The position numbers and the translations under genes are program-made. From Candidatus Lokiarchaeum ossiferum (GTDB taxonomy: Archaea > Asgardarchaeota > Lokiarchaeia > Sigyniarchaeales > Promethearchaeaceae), in assembly GCA_025839675.1 (NCBI GenBank), contig CP104013.1, positions 1,650,001 to 1,682,000 of the forward strand: 32,000 nt of DNA, in the 5' to 3' direction. Below are positions 26,003-32,000 of the stretch, piece by piece. Positions within the stretch are counted from its first letter, which is position 1. Every line of letters begins with the position of its first letter. The notes under the pieces are model-generated. The model made no database searches. It saw only the letters and a program-made list of their open reading frames with translations, and had not been told where the DNA came from.

Positions 26003-27430
26003 TTGATTGAAATTTCTGCATCAAAAATACCAGAAAGAGAGAAAAAGGACCATTTTTCTACAAATAGTGACAATTGTGAAATAAATATTGACAATAATTC
26101 AAAAAAATACTTGATTACACCAGATTTTGAACCAATGATCAAAATAATTTATTGGAATAGTTTAGGTTTTTTCTTTTTTGGATTCATCATTCCATGGGTA
26201 ACTGCTCAATTAATGGACGCTAGTGGTACAGAACTGGGATTTGTTGTTGCAAGCCAAACTGTGGGGGGTTTAATAAGTTCTCCAATAGTTGGATATTTAA
26301 CGGATAAAATTTCAAAAAAAAAATTAGTTTTAATTGGATCAACAGGTCGAGGATTTGCTTATGTCATAATGTATTTTGGAATATGTTTTACATCAATCTA
26401 TGTGTTTGCAATTGGTATATTTATCCAAGGACTTACTGTAGGTTATTTTTGGACACCATTAAATGCCCTAATTGCTCAAAAATCCCATAAAACCTATCGA
26501 GCCTCAGCATTTGGAAAACAAGGAGGAATGATTGGAAAGGGGAATTTAGTAGGATCTATTATTACCTTTAGTTATTTTGGACTCATGAATTTTTTGGTAC
26601 CTAATCAAATTTGGTTGATTTACATCCCGCTCTTATTCTATATGTGTTTTAATGTGTTTGCAGGTTTGAAATTTTATCATGAAGTTGATGAAAAGCTTAC
26701 TTTTGACAATTATATTAAATCACTCAAAGATTCGAGCTTAGCACATTTGATTGATAGCACAGAAGAAATAATGGTTAGAGGTGATAAAAATCAAGCAGAA
26801 ATACAACCATCTGTTGCGAGGAAAGGGTTAATAATTGGTTTAACTTTTCTAATGTTTGCCTTTTTTGTTGCGGCGATTAATCAATCGCTAACTAGACCCT
26901 TCTTACAGGTATTTTTGACCGAAACCATGCAAATTCAAAATGGCTTTATTGTTATGCTAATATATTTTCCTAGTGAAGTTTTAAGTCAACTTTTAGCACC
27001 CAAATTGGGAGAACAAGCAGATAAATTAAACGCATCAATCGGAGTTGTTATTATCAGCGGATTTGGAGCATTGATTACGTGGTTTTTAATAAGTACAAAT
27101 TCACCTATCATTTTTGGTTTAATCTTAATTTTCGATACTACTTTTGCGTGGGGAGGAAATTTAATCTTTCAAAATCTTCTAAGTCGAGTTTCTAAAAACA
27201 ATAGAGGTAAAGTTTTTGGTTTGCAAAATTGGATAACCCTTTTAGGTGCAGTAGCAGGTCCAATTCTAGGAGGTTTGCTCTGGGATAACTTCACACATAA
27301 AACACCATTTTTAATGTCAATATTCATAGAACTTCTACTTATCCCTTTATTCTTGTTAGCGATTTACAAACTAAATCCATTCATCGAAGAGAAAATTGAC
27401 AAAAAAAAAACGAGAGATCTAATAAAATAA
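26003..27430 (+). CDS. Major facilitator superfamily transporter.
   Basis: About 12 predicted hydrophobic helices in a 6+6 arrangement, with a central hydrophilic loop (about KLTFDNYIKS...VARKG). MFS motif-A-like GYLTDKISKKKLVLIGS. The start is uncertain (TTG 26003 or ATG 26135). Confidence 0.8.
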   Translation: MIEISASKIPEREKKDHFSTNSDNCEINIDNNSKKYLITPDFEPMIKIIYWNSLGFFFFGFIIPWVTAQLMDASGTELGFVVASQTVGGLISSPIVGYLTDKISKKKLVLIGSTGRGFAYVIMYFGICFTSIYVFAIGIFIQGLTVGYFWTPLNALIAQKSHKTYRASAFGKQGGMIGKGNLVGSIITFSYFGLMNFLVPNQIWLIYIPLLFYMCFNVFAGLKFYHEVDEKLTFDNYIKSLKDSSLAHLIDSTEEIMVRGDKNQAEIQPSVARKGLIIGLTFLMFAFFVAAINQSLTRPFLQVFLTETMQIQNGFIVMLIYFPSEVLSQLLAPKLGEQADKLNASIGVVIISGFGALITWFLISTNSPIIFGLILIFDTTFAWGGNLIFQNLLSRVSKNNRGKVFGLQNWITLLGAVAGPILGGLLWDNFTHKTPFLMSIFIELLLIPLFLLAIYKLNPFIEEKIDKKKTRDLIK

Positions 27431-27436
27431 TTCAAT

Positions 27437-27883
27437 TTATAGGACTTTAAGAAGTGCTAAACAATTTTTTTGAATTTGTGCTTCAATTTTGGAAGTAACT
27501 TTGTTCTCTTTAATTGCTATTATAGGTTCAATAAAATTAAATTTCAAGGAACGGCACAACTCAGCAAGTTTTTTTCCCGCTTTTCCTCCTCCACCATGGG
27601 AAACAAAACCAAATGCAGGACGACCTTCCAACTTAGACCTCATTTCGTATAATTCATCAAAGAACAATTTAATATATCCGGACATATATCCAAAAAATTC
27701 TGGTGTTCCTATAATAAAAGCAGAAGCATCCATAATTGAGTGAAAATTCATTTGAATTGCATCATAAAGTTCAATAGATACATTTTCAGGAATAAATTCA
27801 CGAAATATATCCATAATGCGTTTTGCTAACATCTTCGTGTTTCCACTTTTAGAATAATACAAAATGACAATTTTTTTTCCCAT
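27437..27883 (-). CDS. Flavodoxin-like fold protein (flavodoxin / NAD(P)H-dependent FMN reductase family).
   Basis: MGKKIVILYYSKSGNTKMLAKRI (FMN phosphate-binding loop), AFIIGTPEFFGYMSG. 148 aa. Confidence 0.75.
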   Translation of the reverse strand: MGKKIVILYYSKSGNTKMLAKRIMDIFREFIPENVSIELYDAIQMNFHSIMDASAFIIGTPEFFGYMSGYIKLFFDELYEMRSKLEGRPAFGFVSHGGGGKAGKKLAELCRSLKFNFIEPIIAIKENKVTSKIEAQIQKNCLALLKVL

Positions 27884-27920
27884 ATTTTTTGTTTCCTTAC
27901 TCCACTAATTAAATATTTGG

Positions 27921-28484
27921 TTAAGAAAATTGATTGATTAAATAATTACGCAACTTTTGAACTCCTATTTCCAATGGACCTTCATTTTTAACGATGAAAT
28001 CTGCTGTAAGAAAATCCTGATTTTTTCGAGCCCGTTCAACCCGATCTCTAAAAACAGGATCATTTTCGGACTCTCTCCCCCGATTTTTTATTCGTTCAAG
28101 AGTTATAGCAAAAGGAACTTTTACAAAAATAACTTTTAAATACGGAAATCTTTTACGTGCGTGGTCTATAATTGACCTACTTACATTGATCACTACGATA
28201 TGACCTCTATTTAACCAATCTAAGATCTCACAAGACACTCCATAATCAAGACCATAGATGTGCCACGATAAGCAAAATTTATTATCTCTTTGTAATTGAT
28301 CAAATGTTTCTTTTGTTACTGAATGAAATGGTTCTGTTTCATGAGGAGGTCGAGTAATATATCTGTGGGGAATCCGGATTTGTGGCAAATTTGAAGGCCA
28401 AGTTTTAACCACTTCGTTAATTAAAGAATCTTTGCCACTTCCGCTATTTCCCACTAGAAGGAAGAGTTTTTTATTCAAAGTCAT
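27921..28484 (-). CDS. phnN: Ribose 1,5-bisphosphate phosphokinase (PhnN family).
   Basis: Collinear with E. coli PhnN as I recall it: LVGNSGSGKDSLI (P-loop), HRYITR, LSWHIYGLDYGV, EILDWL, VINVSRS, IKNRGRES. Confidence 0.85.
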   Translation of the reverse strand: MTLNKKLFLLVGNSGSGKDSLINEVVKTWPSNLPQIRIPHRYITRPPHETEPFHSVTKETFDQLQRDNKFCLSWHIYGLDYGVSCEILDWLNRGHIVVINVSRSIIDHARKRFPYLKVIFVKVPFAITLERIKNRGRESENDPVFRDRVERARKNQDFLTADFIVKNEGPLEIGVQKLRNYLINQFS

Positions 28485-28512
28485 ACCATCACTAGTTTAA
28501 GGTTTTAAGAAA

Positions 28513-31041
28513 TTATTTTGCCTTTTTCTTCTTTAATGAAGATGATTTTAATCCATGAGCATTTATTGACGCTTGAATTATTTTTCGCATCATATATTGC
28601 ATTTTTCGGGATTGATATTGCTGTTCTCGAATTTTCACCATTAAAGGATAATTAATTCTAAAATATTCCATTAGGTTTGCAAACCATCGGGAACGATAAG
28701 AACGTCGGGCTTCTTCTTCTTCATCTTCATAAATAAGGGGCGGGAGAAGTTCTAATTCAGTTCTTTCATGGAGGATATTGCGATAAAACCATGTTTGCAT
28801 TAATACGACGATCTCTCGTGTGCTTTCAGGACGATATTTCATCAAAGCAGAGGATAATGCAAAATCTGAAATTGGTAAAAATTCTACCCAACGATCTTCT
28901 GTTTCTTCAGTATCATCCATCCCATAACGGGAAAGATTAAAATTCCAATTTTCCACAGCCAATTCTTTAAGTAAAGGATACAACCTTCCTGGTGTTATTC
29001 GAGTATATTTTTCAATTGATGGTGCAATTTCAGAAATTTTAAAGCGAAAATCATCAGGATAATCAGCCACTTGTTTAATTCGTCTTATATATTCTTGTTT
29101 AATAATCTCGTAGACTAAATCGAGAGTATCCTCATCAACCGCTCGATCTATTATTAACTGTTCTTCTTCATGAGATTTTTTAATAGCTTCTTCATCTTTA
29201 ATTTTTCTCCCATATTGGATTGAAAGTGCTTGAATAAAAGTATCATTTTGTTTGGATGAAGATACAGGACCTTTTGTTAACTTCAAACGTTTTCTTTGAT
29301 CCTTTTGTATATTGGTCGAAAATTGATCTTGTAGATATTTTTTAGCTCGTTCATCCGCTTCTTTGCTTTTTTGATATTTCTGAGTAATAGGGATAAAATC
29401 AAAATAGAGAACTTGACTACCAGGAAGATTTTCTTCTTCATAAATCTGTACATCAATAAATTGTTTATCCAATCGATGAATTAGGGACATCACAATTCCC
29501 TTTCCCAAACCAGTTAATTGCATCAGTGATTGCACTATTTCATCACTAATAGCTAGACGTTCTCCACGACGAATGAACTCTCGTTTTAAAAAGGATAAAA
29601 TTACGTCCATGCTTTTATCCTCTTTGCGGATTGCAGCTTCATTCATATGCATGAACATGGAAAATTGTTGTGGTTTAATCCAATAGATTAAAATCGACAG
29701 GCCCAAAAAACCCAAAATAAGGTAAGGTAAGACCACATAATCATATTGAATATATTTTGCCAAGGAAGTGATTTGACCTGCATGATTGGTGATCAATCCC
29801 AAGCGAGCGGTTGTTTGAGATAAAATCATCCCCATCAGAAATAGAACCAAACCATCTGATGTAAAGAATAAAACACCTTTTTTAAACTGTTTGCGGATAT
29901 CCAACACGATCCAGGAAAGAAACAGAATAGCCAATAAAAACTCAATAATAAAGAAAAAGGAAGAAGATGAATCATCCCCCAGCAAAATACTAAGAGCTTC
30001 GATAAATTCTGGATCCAGATATAAATATAAAGTAATATTATAGATAGAATATAAAAGCATGACAAAGCTAATTAACCCAAATGTAAAGAAATCAAAAACA
30101 CCAGCCCTTTTTGTTGAACCTTTTTTTCGACTTAAAATTATTTGTATAATTAGAAAAACGGATACCAAAAATAATCCCAAGTATAGAAGAGGAAAAATTT
30201 TATCCATTTCCTTATTATAAATTGAAAAAGCTTGAACAGGGTAATATTTTCCAAGAACATCTAATGTAAAAGTGACTGTTCCATAACGGATGAACCAAGC
30301 TACAAAAAAGAGTGCGCCAATGATGACGAAGGGGATAATAAAGGCCAAAAAATATAGAAAAGGAGAATAATTTTCTGAAAATCGCTTTTCTACCTTCGTA
30401 GCACCAGATCTCGCAGCAGTATATATCCGAACGGACTGAAAAATTAACCAAATCATAGCCAAGATTAAAAGAAATGAATACAATTCGAATGAACTATCAT
30501 TTAAAAATTGTGCCAAAAAATAATTTCCAAAAGTCAGAAGAAGGACCGAAAGAAGATGTTTTAAAAGATATAATTTCCCAAAAAACCAAGTAAGAAACTT
30601 CTCATTGCAACAAGCGAGGCTTAACATCACAAAAGTGAACGTAACAGCAGTCGCTAAAGTGTAGAGATGTGCACCCCCAAAAGATAAAATAGTAAGCAAA
30701 GTATCAAGGAAGGACCCAGATTCTATATCTGAGTTCATTCGAGCAAAAAATACGAATGAATAAAGCAAGAAAAAGAAAATTAGACCCAACATACGCTTTC
30801 CTAAATAAGAGTGTTTTTCTCCTTGAGTTTGTTTTTTTGTCCTTCCAAGAAATAATTCACGAAAATAAATGAGTTTTTGCTGAACCTTGGTTAAAAAAGC
30901 GTTTTTTTTTTGGGAAGAGGGATCTTGGGCAATAATTCGACTATATTTGTTTCCCAATGCGTTTTTTGAACCATCTACTGAAGGTTCAGATCTCTTTTCT
31001 TCGTTTTTTTTATTATTTGAAGATGGCTCATCTACATTCAT
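28513..31041 (-). CDS. Large polytopic membrane protein (about 10-12 TM helices) with a C-terminal cytoplasmic region of roughly 380 aa containing winged-helix-like segments.
   Basis: 842-aa ORF. Hydrophobic helices span residues from about 85 to 460. The C-terminal part includes SFLKREFIRRGERLAISDEIVQSLMQLTGLGKGIVMSLIHRLDKQFI and FKISEIAPSIEKYTRITPGRLYPLLKELAVENW (PadR/MarR-like). I recognise no family. Confidence 0.65.
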   Translation of the reverse strand: MNVDEPSSNNKKNEEKRSEPSVDGSKNALGNKYSRIIAQDPSSQKKNAFLTKVQQKLIYFRELFLGRTKKQTQGEKHSYLGKRMLGLIFFFLLYSFVFFARMNSDIESGSFLDTLLTILSFGGAHLYTLATAVTFTFVMLSLACCNEKFLTWFFGKLYLLKHLLSVLLLTFGNYFLAQFLNDSSFELYSFLLILAMIWLIFQSVRIYTAARSGATKVEKRFSENYSPFLYFLAFIIPFVIIGALFFVAWFIRYGTVTFTLDVLGKYYPVQAFSIYNKEMDKIFPLLYLGLFLVSVFLIIQIILSRKKGSTKRAGVFDFFTFGLISFVMLLYSIYNITLYLYLDPEFIEALSILLGDDSSSSFFFIIEFLLAILFLSWIVLDIRKQFKKGVLFFTSDGLVLFLMGMILSQTTARLGLITNHAGQITSLAKYIQYDYVVLPYLILGFLGLSILIYWIKPQQFSMFMHMNEAAIRKEDKSMDVILSFLKREFIRRGERLAISDEIVQSLMQLTGLGKGIVMSLIHRLDKQFIDVQIYEEENLPGSQVLYFDFIPITQKYQKSKEADERAKKYLQDQFSTNIQKDQRKRLKLTKGPVSSSKQNDTFIQALSIQYGRKIKDEEAIKKSHEEEQLIIDRAVDEDTLDLVYEIIKQEYIRRIKQVADYPDDFRFKISEIAPSIEKYTRITPGRLYPLLKELAVENWNFNLSRYGMDDTEETEDRWVEFLPISDFALSSALMKYRPESTREIVVLMQTWFYRNILHERTELELLPPLIYEDEEEEARRSYRSRWFANLMEYFRINYPLMVKIREQQYQSRKMQYMMRKIIQASINAHGLKSSSLKKKKAK

Positions 31042-31144
31042 TGTATATCCATATATTTGTTACTTCAACTAAAAAAAATTCCCATTGGTAAAATTCTATT
31101 ATATCCCAAGTTTTTATAATAATAACCATTTTTTTGGAGATATT

Positions 31145-31879
31145 ATGAATATGGATTGTGATCGATGTGGAAGGTGCTGCTATGAATTCTCACATCAAAT
31201 CCATTTTCTTTCCGATGAAAAGTTTATATTAAAGCCTATTGAGTTTCAAGATAGTTTTGTTGAAGAAAAAGTTCAGTTATATCATAAATACATGGATAAG
31301 TTCAAAAAAAAAACTCAAAATAAAATGAGGTTCTTTATCCCCACAAAAAAGCAAATATTTCCATATCTTAATTCCCAATCTCAGAAATATTTAATAGATG
31401 AAATGGTGCACCCTAATGAATGTATGTTTTTAAGTTGGCAAGAAAGATTAGCTTCTTGTGAAATTCATCAATACAATCCTCAAATGTGTAAAGATTATCC
31501 CACTGCTAAAGGAGGAGTGTGCAAAGGACATCCTGAAAAAAAATATACAAAACATTTTTATTATTATCAAAAACAGAAAATTGGGTTTGCAATACAAGCT
31601 TTGGAACAAATCTATTCTGAAAGAATTAATAGGCCTATAGCTTTTGAAATATTAACGATTTTGATGGATTTTGGAGATTTTAATCTAGATCAACTAATGG
31701 TTTTTTTTGAAAAAGACTTTTTCTACTCAAAATCAGAAATAGTGAAAGCTATGGATGATTTAAAAGATCTTGGTTTAATATTTCAAGAACAAAATCGCAT
31801 TCAAGGGATATCGTTAAAAGAAGTAGAAGCTCAAATAGATGAGGTTATGAAGAGGAGAGGATGGCAATATCCTCATTAA
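31145..31879 (+). CDS. YkgJ-family (CxxCxxCC) zinc/iron-chelating domain protein with a C-terminal winged-helix-like tail.
   Basis: MNMDCDRCGRCCYEF and ECMFLSWQERLASCEIHQYNPQMCKDYP match the YkgJ/UPF0153 pattern. The C-terminus SKSEIVKAMDDLKDLGLIFQ is wHTH-like. I prefer ATG 31145 over the track's start at 31085. Confidence 0.7.
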   Translation: MNMDCDRCGRCCYEFSHQIHFLSDEKFILKPIEFQDSFVEEKVQLYHKYMDKFKKKTQNKMRFFIPTKKQIFPYLNSQSQKYLIDEMVHPNECMFLSWQERLASCEIHQYNPQMCKDYPTAKGGVCKGHPEKKYTKHFYYYQKQKIGFAIQALEQIYSERINRPIAFEILTILMDFGDFNLDQLMVFFEKDFFYSKSEIVKAMDDLKDLGLIFQEQNRIQGISLKEVEAQIDEVMKRRGWQYPH

Positions 31880-31924
31880 AACATAAAAATTAAAAGCATT
31901 TATCGATGAGGTTACTTAGAGAAT

Positions 31925-32000
31925 ATGATAGAAAATTCCCAATATGAGAATGTTCCAAAAGAAAAAGTTTCAGAATTTGTATTACGTGCCATTGGAATGT
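31925..32000 (+). CDS. Possible 5' end of a gene running off the window (MIENSQYENVPKEKVSEFVLRAIGM...).
   Basis: ATG 31925 is followed by 25 open codons to the window edge. No other support. Confidence 0.25.
   Translation, partial: MIENSQYENVPKEKVSEFVLRAIGM

Noticed and set aside
24724-30451. Further embedded short ORFs: 24724..24969, 27470..27652, 27489..27743, 27957..28139, 29835..30065, 30215..30451, 30887..31072 and 31458..31640.
   Set aside because: The reasoning is the same as above. They lie inside or antisense to the HAD, flavodoxin, phnN, membrane-protein and YkgJ genes and have no independent support.
1-32000. I looked for tRNA/rRNA genes, CRISPR arrays, IS elements, integrases and prophage remnants.
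   Set aside because: There are no G+C-rich structured islands in the short spacers. There are no regularly spaced repeat arrays, no terminal inverted repeats flanking any ORF, and no transposase- or integrase-like translations.

Overview
This is an AT-rich window (roughly one-third G+C by eye) with about 29 protein-coding genes on both strands. Intergenic spacers are short, oligo-T runs follow several genes, and TATA-like boxes sit about 25-40 nt before several starts. I found no rRNA, tRNA, CRISPR array, transposase or integrase. All family calls come from reading motifs in the supplied translations, because no searches could be run. The gene set looks archaeal: SMC and ScpB, a free-standing AlaX editing protein, an Lrp/AsnC regulator divergent from glnA, and box-A-like promoters. 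A tandem Roadblock/LC7 protein, a UBC-fold plus JAB fusion and lysine-rich tails suggest an Asgard (Loki-like) genome, but that is only an inference. Housekeeping genes are glnA, pyrG, smc, scpB, alaX and phnN, plus DJ-1/PfpI, HAD, MFS and flavodoxin-like genes. The best candidate for an undescribed system is at 9.0-16.9 kb. Two AAA+/vWA(MIDAS) modules sit back to back there. One is a fused ChlI-type ATPase-vWA protein, translationally coupled to a membrane-anchored FKBP-like protein. The other is a long MoxR-type ATPase followed by an HExxH-plus-vWA protein. A lysine-rich YbjN-like protein lies between them, and no large chelatase subunit is in the window. The second candidate is a catalytically dead UBC-fold (UEV/RWD-like) domain fused to a JAB/MPN metalloprotease, directly upstream of scpB and near smc. 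Smaller observations:
- an A14 tract separating an SD-preceded ATG from the main vWA reading frame
- an in-frame TGA inside a coiled-coil gene
- a decayed maltose O-acetyltransferase-like pseudogene
- a receiver domain with Glu in place of the phospho-acceptor Asp
- palindromes in the lrp-glnA spacer
- an 842-aa polytopic membrane protein with winged-helix-like cytoplasmic modules, next to an orphan phnN
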